Position numbers and translations under genes: made by a program. DNA of 64,000 nucleotides from Lytechinus pictus (lineage: Eukaryota), in assembly GCF_037042905.1 (NCBI RefSeq), contig NC_087251.1:46874001-46938000 (forward strand), given 5' to 3'. A model generated the notes under the pieces. It worked only from the letters and a program-made list of their open reading frames with translations. It was not told the origin of the DNA and made no database searches. This document shows positions 48,478-61,740 of this stretch, piece after piece. Position 1 is the stretch's first letter. Each line of letters opens with the position of its first letter.

Positions 48478-48871
48478 TGAACTCAATGAGAAAACACCAA
48501 AAAACCAGAATAGGTGTAAATTGGCTCCCCGTGGACTACAGTGCTTCCTCTGCTGTCATTTACAAAGAGAATGGATAACACAGTTGGATTAGGTGTTATG
48601 TTTTCTGAGAATTATGTTCATGTCACATTCTTCTCAAATTTGTCGGGGTATAAATGATATTTAACTTGACTATGTGTGTAGGGGTTTGTTCAGTCGATTT
48701 TGTAAAGCTAGAGAATGAAAAACATGATTCATGAATAAAACAGCAACCTACATTGTAAAACATGATACTGCAGTGCAGGATGGTGCTTATATGACCTTTT
48801 TTTTCACCGAAGCTGATTCCCTGCGAGTTTATGACCACTTAATGCAGATTATAGTTTTGATACCAAGTGGA

Positions 48872-49213
48872 AGAGCCGTGGTGTAGTGGTTCTGACTCTC
48901 GCCTTGTAAACAGAGGGTCGTGTGTTCGAATCTCACCGCGGTCTAGCGTCCTTTGGCAAGGCGTTAAACCACACTTTGCCACTCTCGACCCAGGTGCTAA
49001 ATGGGTACGATGCGAAAGATATTGTATATTTGCTTTTGCCAGCGCCATAATGAGGCTGCGATGAATGCAAGGAATGCTCCCCAGGGAGTGGAAATTGTGC
49101 ACTTTTCGTGCGGGATTGAAATGAATCCAATGACCGGGGTAATAATATGCTGTAACGCGCTTTGAGCCATTCTGGGAAAAGCGCTTTATAAAAATTGGCT
49201 ATTATTATTATTA
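48872..49213 (+). mobile_element. tRNA-derived SINE
   Basis: A box gtggtgtagtgg, B box gttcgaatc and a (tat)n tail. Confidence 0.8.
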
Positions 49214-49443
49214 AGTTATTGACACTTGAAGTTTGACCCAAAAAGTATTGTATAATTGGCGTAATTATCGCTTAATAGTTCCATGTAGTTCATAAGAAAT
49301 TAAAATTGATATTGTCTCTGTACTTTGCTAATGAAATAATAAGGATGGTGAGGCAATATCCCCTTTGTAAGTCTGCTTCACACCAATCATAACTCACCTT
49401 ATCTGTGTTCAAGTGTTCAACGTTTTTTATTTGCTTGGGTATA

Positions 49444-51418
49444 CTGTGGTGCAAAAAAGTTAGTGAACCCCACCAGAAAATGCACTCCTTCATGCTGAGT
49501 GTTGAATGGAGATAACAATACTGCAATGTTTGGCAAGCCCAGAAAAATACTATTGAATCTAATATTTTATCACCTGACTTCATTAATGACTTAAGTGAAT
49601 GTTTATTATCATGTTCATGCAATATATGCAGATGATGTTGTTATTTATATTTCTGATAAAAGTACCGAAGTCATTACGTCTAAGTTACAGGCTGATCTTG
49701 AAAACATAAGTAAGTGGTATTTATAAGAGAAATGAATTAAAAGTTAATGTTGACAAAACGTATACTATGTTATTAAAACGAAACACACATACTTCTCAAG
49801 AATTAAACATACATCTGGATAATAACATTATAAAACAAGTTAAACATATTTGGTACCTTGGAATCGAAATTGATGAGAATCTTACTTAGAATTTGAAAGT
49901 AAAGAACCTAAGTAGATCTTTAGCTTTTAAGTTCATTTTCTTTTAAAAAGGTCAGTAATTTCACTAATACAAATGTTCTCAATAAAATTTATAATTGTAC
50001 AATCCAACCCATACTGGATTACTCTTGTTCGGTATGGGGGAACTGTTCTGTCAGTAATAGGAACATTTTGTTAAGATTATAAAAGAGAGCAGCAAGAATA
50101 GTAGAAAATAATTTTGATTATACTCATAATGGTATTGACATTATTAAGCGATTGAAATGGCAAGTTTTAGAAAAAATACAAAATTATTTCCTTGCATATA
50201 TTATGTATAGCCTAACTGTGTCCATGGATATATGCTCCGGTGCGTTTATGTAATTTTATTGATATGGTTTTTGATAGGCATCCAATGAATACAAGATTTG
50301 CCAATTCGCTTAACGTTGTTATACCTAAACCGAACATTGGGTTTTTTTTAAGAATAGCTTAATATATGCAGGAGGAAATGTATGGAATAGTTTAGATTCA
50401 GAAATCCAGAATGCAACTTCAATTGATACTTTTAAAAGAAATATAAGAAAACACACTTCTCGTAACACTCTCACCACTCTCCATTCAATATATTTCTATG
50501 CCGGTTTATGTTTTCAACTTTCAATTTGGTATTCATCACCCAGTGCACATGTATCTTTTGTTTTTGATATATCTATGTTTGTTAATACCGATGTCACTCA
50601 TTTGTTTTTTACTATTTACCATGTCTGAATTTAAATTGTTTAATGCATTTTTTTCTCAACAGGACCATGTTTAAAAACAGTGTATATATTATCAGAACAT
50701 GTTTATCTTGTATAAAGATTTTCAAATAAATTCAAATTCAAATTTCAAATTCAAATTTATTTATTTCACTTCCATCAAACAAAAACAAATTGTATACCAT
50801 ATATAAACATAAATATTTGTATCCTTTGCAAAAAAAAAAAAAAAAAAAAAAAACATTTGTTGTAAAGAAAAAAAAAACACTTAGACAATTTGGGCAACAC
50901 ATTGTAGGTTTATTATTTTATTATTTATTATTATTTTTTTCGGCAGTGAAAAGTATAGAAATTGGTACAGCGAAGTACAACACATAATAAGCATAACAGA
51001 GTATAGATTGAGCACCCACTGGACTGCCAGGGTCAAATAAAGTTAACTGAATTACTGTAGTCAATGAAGACCATTTGACCCTATCCAGTGGGTGCTTACA
51101 TAAAACAGAAGCGGATAAAAGAGTGAGTATGAACAAAAAGGTTTAAGATCAATTATAATAGAATAACATAGGTCTACTTGATATCACTTCATCTTAACTT
51201 AAAATATCAATATCAATGAATTTAAATATGTTTTAATGAATGAATCAATGAATTTTAAATATGTATACTATTTTTCAATAGAAATTAAATTAAGATGGAA
51301 ATGGAGGGACCCACTAAATAAATTAATTGATTAATTAAATATCTAACACATGGCAGAACTTGAACACTTGAAATATGTTCATTTTCTGGTGGGGTTCACT
51401 AACTTTTGAGCACCACTA
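49444..51418. mobile_element. Tc1-like element split by nested LINE insertions
   Basis: About 39-bp TIRs ctgtggtgcaaaaaagttagtgaaccccaccagaaaatg / cattttctggtggggttcactaacttttgagcaccac, with TA at the left flank. Confidence 0.75.
49560..50758 (+). pseudogene. Decayed L2/CR1-group LINE RT 3' fragment
   Basis: Remnants FINDL...YADD (tatgcagatgat near 49625), YLGIEID and IQPILDYSCSVWG, with many stops and frameshifts. (TTCAAA)n tail. Confidence 0.8.
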
Positions 51419-51491
51419 CAGATATCTAAAATGCTTCTATAATGTATAATTATTCATCTCTTTATTTTTATCTTTCTATCTTACTTTGTAG

Positions 51492-51610
51492 AATCCAACA
51501 TCAAGAAATACCTGCAGCTGTGTGATAAAGCCATGCTAAAACAGGCAGAGGATGAAAGGACAAGATACAAAGGAATGTTTGACAAATTGGCTGCTAAGGG
51601 AGACCACTGA
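51492..51610 (+). CDS. TTC9C: TTC9C-like, last coding exon
   Basis: (E)SNIKKYLQLCDKAMLKQAEDERTRYKGMFDKLAAKGDH* matches the TTC9C tail NVRRYLQL...YLGMF. Strong polypyrimidine acceptor, phase matches exon 2. Total 213 aa. Confidence 0.88.
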
Positions 51611-52132
51611 CCCCATTCACACCAAAGAGATTTTTTATCCTATGTGATATCAGTGTGAACGTTGTCTGGTAACTGTTGGACTACATGGCGATGTACGATG
51701 TACAGGGCAGGACGAGTGCAAGCAGATGGACATAGAGTTTTGCCCTGTTCACATCATGATTTCTGCACTGCTTAGTTTCAATAGTGTGAATGACTATGCC
51801 CATGACTGCCTCTGGAAGCCCAGCCTTTAGGATTTGAGGTAGAGTGAAATCTGTATATAAAGACTGCAGGAGAGATAAGCGTCTTTATGAGCAGGTGGTC
51901 TTTCTGGACGGGCACCGTTTATAAACATTTGCGGGATTATTCAGTGGAAACAAATCCTTTGGTCTTTACAGACCTGGTGTATCGTCTAGACAGGTGAACT
52001 CTAAAGCAGTTTTATTTACCACCATCCATTGTGGAACCATTTCCAGGCAGTCATAAAATGAGAGTTTGGTTGTAATTATTGAAGTCTTTTGAAGATCATA
52101 TGCTTACCGAATCCACATTGTCATGTCGTAGC

Positions 52133-52791
52133 GTCGGCGTTCATCCGAACCGTCGTATTAGTCATTTTTGGTCAAAAAATAGATTTTGAGATTTTTGCAG
52201 AAAATAAATGTACAAGTCCAATTCTATTTATAACCGAATTTCTAGGCAGCAATTTATTTTAGTTTCTGAGATATGAGGGGATTTTCACGGCGATGCCATA
52301 CAAATTTTTTATAAAATGCGCAAATCCCATTGGAAACGTGTACTGTAGCAGAGCGATACAACGTTTTGACTGACCACGATTTCAATGCGCGCGGTCAACC
52401 AAACTGTCGTATCGGCCATCTGCACCGCATTGGCTTTGCATGTGAAAAGCTATACGACGTTTTGACTGACCGCACGCATTGAAATCACGGTCAGGGTTGT
52501 TGCATTCCCTATGGTGTTTTTGTACAGGGGAAATCTAAACTGCTCAAACCGAAATTACAAGCACGGAGCTCTTTTGCGATATTTTCTATGATCCTTGGTT
52601 TTGTGTAAAAATAAGGATACCATTCTCAAGCTATTGTCTTGGTCTTTCCAACAATGTATTTTTCTAGCAATGAATATGTTGTAAGGCTGGAGAACTAAGT
52701 GTGAAAATTATAGTAAATTTTGAAGTCGAATTTCTCTAAAATGGGTTTTCACCGTCGTATATGTGATACAACGGTTCGGATGACTGCCGAC
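52133..52791. mobile_element. Unclassified TIR element downstream of the TTC9C stop
   Basis: TIRs gtcggcgttcatccgaaccgtcgtat / atacaacggttcggatgactgccgac. Confidence 0.7.
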
Positions 52792-52809
52792 AATATGTAT
52801 ATGTTCAAC

Positions 52810-53870
52810 TGCATTCATTGTTGATTCCTGTAAAAGAACCCTAGCATTGTTTCTGGATAACATTGAAGTGTACACCATTCACAAATAACACTTTTTTATA
52901 GTGTAAGGGAAAAAAAGAATTACAAATTGAAACAAAAATAAACTTATCTGTATTCAGAGATACAAGTCTTCTGGCTTTTGCCTGATTTTAAGCCTGGGCA
53001 GCTTTTCATTTGCAGGATTTTTCAGGGTTTTTAAGTGCATTGATTGCTGATTCCTGTAAAAGAACCCTAGCATTATTTCTGGATAACGTTGATGTGTACA
53101 CCATTCACAAATAACACCTTTTTTTATAGTGTAAGGGAAAAAAAGAATTACAAATTAAAACAAAAATAACCTTATATGTATTCAGAGATACAAGTCTTCT
53201 GACTTTTGCCTGATTTTAAAGGACAAGTCCACCCCAACAAAAAGTTGATTTGAATAAAAAGAGAAAAATCCAACAAGCAAAACACTGAAAATATCATCAA
53301 AATTGGATGTAAAATAAGAAAGTTATGACATTTTAAAGTTTTGCTTTATTTCACAAAACAGTTATATGCACATCCTGGTCGGTGTGCAAATGAGGAGACT
53401 GATGACGTCATCCACTCACTATTTCTTTTGTATTCTATTACATGAAATATGAAATATTCTAATTTTCTCCCCATTGTCAAGTGAAACAACGCTTGATTCC
53501 GCCATGAACAATTGGAACTAGCATTGCTTAAAACTATATGATTCAGTCGAGTTGGTCCCTATTGTCAAATCTGTAAAAAATGAAATATTGTATAATTCAA
53601 ACAATAAAAAACAAAAGAAATAGTGAGTGATGGACATCATCGACTGACTCATTTGCATGTCACTGAGTTGTGCATATCACTGTTTTGTGAAAAATAAGCG
53701 AAACTTTAAAATGCCATAACTTTCTTATTTTAAATCCGATTTTGATGAAATTTTCAGTGTTATGCCAGTTTGAATTTTCTCTATTTATTCAAATCAACGT
53801 TTTTCTTGGGTGGACTTGACCTTTAAGCCTGGACAGTTTTTCATTTGCAGGATTTTCAGGGTTTTTTCAG
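52810..53870 (+). repeat. Tandem duplication of about 228 bp; the second copy is interrupted by a Kolobok-like element
   Basis: tgattcctgtaaaagaaccctagcatt...gcctgattttaa occurs twice. The tail gcctgg.cag.ttttcatttgcagg resumes after the insertion. Confidence 0.85.
53220..53822. mobile_element. Kolobok-like element, family A
   Basis: TTAA|AGGACAAGTCCACCCCAA ... TTGGGTGGACTTGACCT|TTAA. Confidence 0.85.
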
Positions 53871-55997
53871 CATAATGTTTCAGCTTTTATATGCATCTGG
53901 CATCTGTGTATATTTGTGAAATGTTCCAGAAAAAAAAACAAATATTTTGCAATATTTTCTATAGTACCTCTGTCACTTACTTTTCATGATATCATCTTGA
54001 AATCTACTCTTTTTTTTGGGACAAAATTATGCTGTACTGTACTCGCTGTATTGAGCCGTAATTATTTGATATGACAATTCACTTCAGTAAAATGATCATA
54101 TTTAATAACAAGACACATGCAATAACATATGTGTCCAGCTGCAGACAACTCTAATAAATATTTGAAAAATTTGCAAAATAAAAAAAAAAACACCAAAAAG
54201 ACTTTTTTTTTAAAGCAGTAAATTCTTGAATTTACCTAATCAAATATCATTGCACCTAAGGACACCATGCTTATAAGCAAAATCGTGAAGCCTCTCTTTC
54301 TTCAAACTGAAAATATTGTCATTTGACCCAATGTTTTTACAATCTTTTCTAGCCTCTCTCCTCTCTCCATAGAAGATAATGGCTTTTCCTATTGATTGTC
54401 ACCCAATTATCACCTATTGTTCAAGATTTCCCATTTCCAGTTGTACTGTAAACCTAATTCAGTGTACCAAAAGAATGACTGGTTATGATCAGGATACTGC
54501 TAATCTCTTCCTACTTCCTAATCTCTTCTAATCTCCTATTAATCTTAATCATGGTCAGAATTAGGTGTACATTCGTGACAGTGTTTACCTTAATTAGGTT
54601 ATTCTACCTCAGTTACAGTATGCAAAACAGGATTTGTTTTTATCCTTGCTTGAGAAAATGAGATCTTTGAAGAATAGAATATTATTATTATGCATGTAGG
54701 TGCTGTGTTAATACTACCATGAATATTGTTTCAATCCCCACCATCAAGTTGATATTTCTGCATAACAATAGAGATAAATAAATAATTGCATAATTAACAT
54801 AAATTTTCAGATGGTTTACTTGAATTGGTTTTAAAAGCAGAATGCTTAAAAATAGAAATGATGTACACACATAAATGACATTGATCTGGATATTAATATA
54901 CAGATAAGTGGTAAATTGTTCATGGTAAACAACATGGCTCATATAATGATTTATTAATTGTTTTTCTTGAAGTATTTGTTAATTAAGAAATTATGCTTGA
55001 AGTGGTCCAATAAGTGCATATCACAATCAAAATATAAAAAAAAACAGTGTATAAAATCTTGCCTTGGTAACATCAAATATGTTGCATTCTGTATGTGGCA
55101 TAATGTAATATTTGTCTCGCCTGCATACTGCATATCAGAGCGAGACCATAGGTGCTGTTTTACTGATGGCAGCGGCTGCAGCATCAACATTGAAATCATA
55201 TTAACTAAGGTTAAGTTGTTTTAAATATAATCATAACTTAGGAAGTATATGGACCCAGTTCATAAAACTTGGACATAAGTGTAAACTAGAAAGAGTAATC
55301 AAGTATCATTTAATATCCTGCATGAGTTTCAGGTCACATGACCAAGGTGAAAGGTCATTTAGGGTCAATGAACATAGTATTTTATTATCAAATTGATAGT
55401 GTTTTTTGTGAATAATTATTCAATAGTTTTCAAAATCAGCACTGCTGCTATATTGAACCGCATAATGCAGGCGAGACTGCCAGAGGTATTCCACTTGTTC
55501 TATGTTGATATCACTCAATATTCTGAAAGAGCATCAAATCGTATGTGTCAGCCTTCTTTATTTGTCACAAATTGAAACAAAATGTGTTTACGCCTTGTGA
55601 TTGTTACTAACGATTCTCAGGTTGTTTAGAAAGTTTAAACAAGTTATTTAGAATATTAAACAATTTCAAAAAGTTTAAATAATTGTTTAAAAGTTAAAAC
55701 AACTTGTCAGAGTGACAGACTTAAGCTGAAAAAATGCAATCTATTTGAATGTAATGTTGAATTATAAACAGTATAAGCCAAGGGATTTGGTGATGTTATG
55801 ATCTGAAATTTAATTTCATTTGTCAATGTTGCTAAGTAACACTTTTATCTCTTATATGGAGAATAAACCAATATAAACCAGATTACAATGCTTCTGTGTC
55901 ATTATATTTATGCACATTTGTCTGAATTCTGCTTCCCTCACATGAATATATTTTCTATCAGGATTTCACAAGATTTTACAGCATTTGTGAACGTTAA

Positions 55998-56387
55998 AGG
56001 TAAAAGACAGTAGCAGCAAACAATTATTTCATGCAAAAGTCTTTCAATTCAAGGTAAATTGCCATAATATTAGCATAGGTCTAGATCTGGTATATTGAAA
56101 TAAACTTATCTTTGTGAAATCCTGAAATTTTAGCTGAAAACCGATAATTCTTATGATCAATAACACAGGATAGCATATGTGGGACAGTGTATTAATATTG
56201 CTTGGAAAAATACCTGACATTTAATGGAATTCCATGCTTATTTTGCTCATTTCTCAGCAGTTACGCATTTTCTTCCAGAGCCGCTTGGCACATATTTTTT
56301 ATTCATACATACAAAAACTTGGGTGGTAATTTTATTGGATTCTGTTCGAGCTCATTTTGAAATCATTACCAAAACTAGTATTTATTT
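55998..56387. mobile_element. Kolobok-like element, family C (diverged)
   Basis: Homolog of 43941-44335 (ctagatctggta, gtgggacagtgta, ttaccaaaactag). Confidence 0.65.
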
Positions 56388-56391
56388 TTAA

Positions 56392-56980
56392 AGGTCAAGT
56401 CCACCCCAGGGAAATGTTGATTTGAATAACTAGAGAAATATTAAACTAGCAAAATGTTGAAAATTTCATCAAAATCGGATGTAAAATAAGAAAGTTATGA
56501 CACTTTAAAGTTTTGCTTATTTTTCACAAAACAGTGATATGCACAACTCAAATGAGAAAGTCAATGATGTCCCTCACTCACTATTTCTTTTGTTGTTTAT
56601 TGTTTGAATGATACAATATTCATTATTTGTAGATTTGACAATAAGGACCAACTTGACTGAATCATATAGTATTAAACAATGCTCATTCCACATGTTCAGG
56701 AAGGAATTAATCTTTGTTTCACTTGACAATGAGGAGAAAAATAGAATAATCCCCATTTCATATAATGAAATACAAAAGAAATAGTGAGTGGATGATATCA
56801 TCAGTTTCCTCATTTGCATACCCACCAGGATGTGCATATAACTGTTATGTGAAATTAAGCAAAACTTTAAAATGTAACTTTCTTATTTTTAATCCGATTT
56901 TGATGAAATTTTCAGTGTTATGCTTTTTGGATTTTTCTCTTTTTATTCAAATCAACTTTTTCTTGGGGTGGACTTGTCCT
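56392..56980. mobile_element. Kolobok-like element, family A
   Basis: TTAA|AGGTCAAGTCCACCCC ... GGGGTGGACTTGTCCT|TTAA. Confidence 0.8.
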
Positions 56981-57389
56981 TTAAGCATTAATTTTGTTAA
57001 TATTGCTCATGACAATTTGGCCTTTATTATTTTTCTCATAAACCAAATCAATTCAAATAACATTGTAATAATGATTTTATTTTAAAAAATGCATTCCACT
57101 GAACTTTTGCAGTGAGGTGGATCATGTAAGCCTATGAGCATGTAGTATAATTTACAAATCTTGAAATTATACCCTTTACAGAATTTCCTCAAATTCAAAG
57201 AGATACCTTGAATGAGAGACACTTAAAATTGAATTTGTATTAAATGACTATAGATTCTTGAGAAAAAAAAATACAATTGTTATTACAACTTGACAAATTT
57301 CTTTTCATTTTTCTTTATGAGGAATCTTTCCACTTTTAATAGAAATCATATCAGCGCCAGTACTAATCAGAGCTATATGTTTCATCATA

Positions 57390-58250
57390 TTATTATAATA
57401 CTAACATCATGTTTTGCTTTTACAAAATAAGGTATTGCGTGTTATTTTCAACTTGTCCTAGAGATCCCACACAGATCACTTGTTTTTCAACAATAACATT
57501 CTAAAAATAAAAATACTGTACCAATATAACTTAGGTCAATTCATGTATCAGTTAAACAATAATATGTTACCACCCATATTTAATTCTTCATTTAACAAAA
57601 ACAAAACTCTTCACAAATATCCCACACGTCAATCAGATGAATTCCATTTACCACTACCCCGGACCATCCTTGCAAAATCAATGTATACTTTTGAAGGCCA
57701 TAGACTCTCGGGAACTATTAAGAATAACATCAAAGAATCACCAAGCCTAAATTCTTTCAAATATAAGTTTAAAAATTTCTCCAAGATAACCATTGAATTA
57801 ACTCTTCATCACTCAAACTCTTGTATTTTTCTTAAATCAAACATGATTATTGTGTGACATACACTTTTCCATCTCTTTCATTATCCTGTTGATCAGTGAG
57901 ATCCGTTTGTGAGTACTGGGGCTGGATTCTGGAGACCTTTAATCTCTCTTTTTCTTATTTCCTTTTCTATTTTAATTTCCCCCTATTTCTTTTTAATTTA
58001 ACTGGTTAATACTCAAGTTGTTATTTTGGTTTGTATATGCTATGTAACTACAAGAATATTTATTAGGAGGCTGCACTCTACAAGCTCCGCTTTTTAGCAG
58101 CCTCCTCCATTTCCAACCTGATATGTAATAACCTTGAATATAATTTTTGTACAGGGATACTTGAAATATGTTTTGTTATTTGTATGTCAAAATGTACAAA
58201 ACAAACTGTAATTGTTGAAAATGGAAATAAACGAAAGAAATGAAATGAAA
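57390..58250 (+). mobile_element. Decayed L2-group LINE 3' end
   Basis: ORF remnant LFFNNNILKI...FMYQLNNNMLP...HKYPTRQ...SLNSFKYK, a 3' UTR stem-loop ggaggctgc...gcagcctcc, AATAAA and a (TGAAA)n tail. Confidence 0.7.
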
Positions 58251-59802
58251 ATGTCCAAAAGATTGTTTTTTTTTAATGCCCCTTTGACATGGGTGTATTG
58301 TTCTAGAGTGCATACAGGTGAAATTGGTAGCTAGAATTACATTAAATTGTATCAAATTATGCTTTCAAATTGCTATATACCAAAGACTCTTTATTTTTCA
58401 AAGCATGATTATGAAAATTCTGGCAACTCTGGATGTATTGTCTTTTTTACTTGTGCTTTCTTGCAAACCATTCCAATAGTGGGGATCATCAGTGATAAAA
58501 CCTGATTCTTCAAGCATATAGCGCCCTCTATAAATACAATACGGCCAATAGATTTACATCGAGCGAATGTGGTTTAGAAGATTTCCATGCATGATGAATG
58601 CAGAAGTCAATGCCATAAAGAAGAATAAAAGGATAAATGTAGATACCAATATTAAAATATTCAAACATGATAATGAATGAACAAATTAAAAACATAGATT
58701 GATGGCTGGAAGAATGGGCGAATGAATGAGTTAATTAATATATGGATTGATGGATAGAAGGATGGGTAAAAACAGATAGATATGAATACATGAATGAATG
58801 AATAGATGAATATTCGTTAATAAACATCAATTAGAACAAAAAATGGAGATAAATAAATCAAGTAAATATCAACATAAAAAAACCGGATTGGACCTATTTA
58901 CAAGGACAATCAAACTTTGGCACATATCTAAGGAAGAACATGATGATGAAAGTTTATAAACGGACAAGGAATCTAAATTGATTCATAACAGTGATAAGGC
59001 ATACATCTCACCTTGTCACTGAAATTCAGATCAACGGTATAAGCCAGTTCGTAGTTCCACTCTGCGCATGATCAGAAGATTCTGCGCATGATCAGAGGAA
59101 GGTCATTTGTACTAAAGTGACATGGTGGTTTAAAATTTAATGAGATAAGCACCAAATTCGATGTCTTGATTATTCATTATATTCTTTTGAATTGTGTTTT
59201 TCATTCACATCCACAAAAAATGCGTCCTCGAATGACTGGTATATTTCACAGTTTGCCAAGTACATTGTACAACATCCTCTAGTATGCATTCAAAGTAGAA
59301 ATGCAACAAATAACTTCATAGAGTGTTCATTGATGTGCTATTCTAGTCACCTGGTCTATTCAATTTCTTCATCCCGCTATGTAAGGCATGCATACGTAAT
59401 ATCTTGCTTTGAAATCTACCTATCTTAATGAAAGAAATGAAAGGTAATTTGACCAAAATTGTGCCAGAAGTAACTACGAACTGGTCTATTTACCTCTCTA
59501 TACCATCCATGTAGTTTTCTCCTCAAATGACCCTTCCCTCTGGAGAGTTCATATCAATCTTTAGAGTAAAGAAAAGTGAGAAAAATGCCTCCTGGTATAA
59601 CTATTTTGAACAGATGAGTATTGTCGAAATAAAAATACCGCAGAAAGTGTGAGACGATGTATACTATATTATCATAATGTACAGGGGTGGAGCCATTTGG
59701 GGCAAGGGGTCGCCTGGTAACCAAGGCGGAAAAGAGAGAGAGAGAGAGAGGAGAAAGGAGGGGGAGAAAGAAGAAGAAGAAAAGGAGAAGTCTTGGCAGC
59801 GT

Positions 59803-59998
59803 GAGGCGCGATAGCTCAGTCGGTAGAGCGGGGGACTCGTATTCCGGTGACCCGGGTTCGATTCTCACTTGGTGCGCTAGTGCCCTTTGGTAAGGCATTA
59901 ATCCTCAGTACCAGGTCCTTCGGAGAGGACCTTAAGCCGTCGGTCCTCTGGTTGCTTGCTTACAAGCATTCATGCTTTCTTAGCAATCAGGTAAAAAA
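59803..59998 (+). mobile_element. tRNA-derived SINE
   Basis: A box atagctcagtcggtagagc and B box ggttcgattc, followed by a SINE body. No proper acceptor stem. Confidence 0.7.
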
Positions 59999-61214
59999 AT
60001 CACCACCACTCTATATAATTCCCGTATGATTCAATTGAGAAAAAAATATGACGCATAATTATGGGTTTTTCACCCCCGCCCCCCCCCCCCCCCCCCGCCC
60101 CTGACTATACTTTCATCAAGTTTCCAAGAGATCTCCATACATGGGTCGAAACACTCGAAATGGGAGAGGGATATGAGTTTATATTGGTTTTCAATTAATA
60201 TTCTTACATTTCTGGGATCAACTGTCTTCCTTGTTTAATCTATTAGATTCGGAAGTTCATTTGCCAGTGTATGCATTCGTCATGTTCGTTCATTTCCGAT
60301 GGAAAGGTGGTTAACCGTATAAATGCTTGCATATTTTAATGTCGAAAATTGCCCGCCTAATTATTTCTAGCGACCCCAAATACCATGGAATTTAGCAGAC
60401 TCCTCCTTATCCGGTTGCCGTCAAATGTAATTTCCGCGTCCTAGCAACACCAGTGACGTCACATGGTTGAAGAAGATGACACGAAGGGGAATGAAATATC
60501 ATTCATAAAATTGCACGGCGGTTTTATAGCTAAGTATCGTCTAGCGCTAAATTAATAGCATCATCCTATCTATAGGTGGTTCCTAGCAAAGCACACCCCT
60601 CACCGCCATTTATTGATGTGTGCGTCTCTTTCATTTTCACTCTCGCATCGTGAATTATTACGTCTACAGAGGCGTCACGCCAGGATATTGACCGGGGGAG
60701 GGGCAAAAATTTGATGTCATTGTTTTTTTAATTGAATAATAGGGTATCACATTTTAGAACTCTTTTTTTTAATACGCCAATTTCTTCTTTTCCCCCTTTT
60801 ATTTCCCCTTGGTTTTTTTTAATACTCTCATTTATTCTTTCTTTCCTTCTCTTTCCCCCCTTTTTGTTTCTTCCCAATTTCCCATATTTTTACAATAGGG
60901 GTGGTCGCCCTTACCCACTTTAGCTCCATCCCTGATGCCAATTATAGTCAAGTTTATAGGAATTGTGGTTAAAAAAATACAATGGGCACATATGACTCCA
61001 GTTCGGCAAAAAATGCAAAATGCTCAAACAACTATTGCTTGAATGTACACCATGTATGGGGAAGGGTGCACAAGGCCCTCTTCAAAACTTGTTAAATCAA
61101 GGTGCAAGAATCCTTCATTAGAAACAAAATTATATCCCTTCATAATTATGACACACCCCACCCCCATTGTCCAACGGGGGTGAAATAATTATCCACACTT
61201 TCTGGGGAAAAAAA

Positions 61215-61740
61215 ACCGAGTGTGAAGCGCGAGCCGATTTCTTTATTGTATTGACCTGAAAATTAGAATTTTATGCAATTCGTGAACATAAGAAACAAAT
61301 AATTTAAGCGCATAGCGCAAGCTGATTTTTTTTATATTCCAACCTTATACAAGGGTAATTTTAAACACTTTCATTATATAAGCATGTGTACATTACATCT
61401 TGCTAGAACAATAATGCTACAGCGCGAAACATGACGTAACATTTCTTGGTATACTGACCTGAAAAAAAGATACATAACGACCATTTGTATACAGGCATTT
61501 ATAAACATGATACATAAATTACTAAAAATGATAATGCGAGCACGAAGCGCGAGCTGCCGAATTTGATCTGAATTGAATTCTAAGCTCATTATGTAATCAT
61601 TGACAGAATACAGCATAAATCTCATTAAAAATAATAGTGTGAGCTTTTGGTTTATTTTCATGACTACTTGTAGAAATAAATGAACAACATTGCGAGTGTG
61701 AAGAGTGAGTTGCATTCTTTTTACATTTACTGACCTAAAC
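61215..61740. repeat. Degenerate tandem repeats carrying GCGAGC.CGAAGCGCGAGCTG and TGACCTGAAA motifs, probably a transposon interior
   Basis: Motif variants near 61220, 61306, 61536 and 61692. Confidence 0.45.

Noticed and set aside
59803..59878. tRNA gene (also 22755, 41460-41535 and 48872)
   Set aside because: A and B boxes are present but the cloverleaf stems are poor, and each runs into a SINE body and simple-repeat tail.
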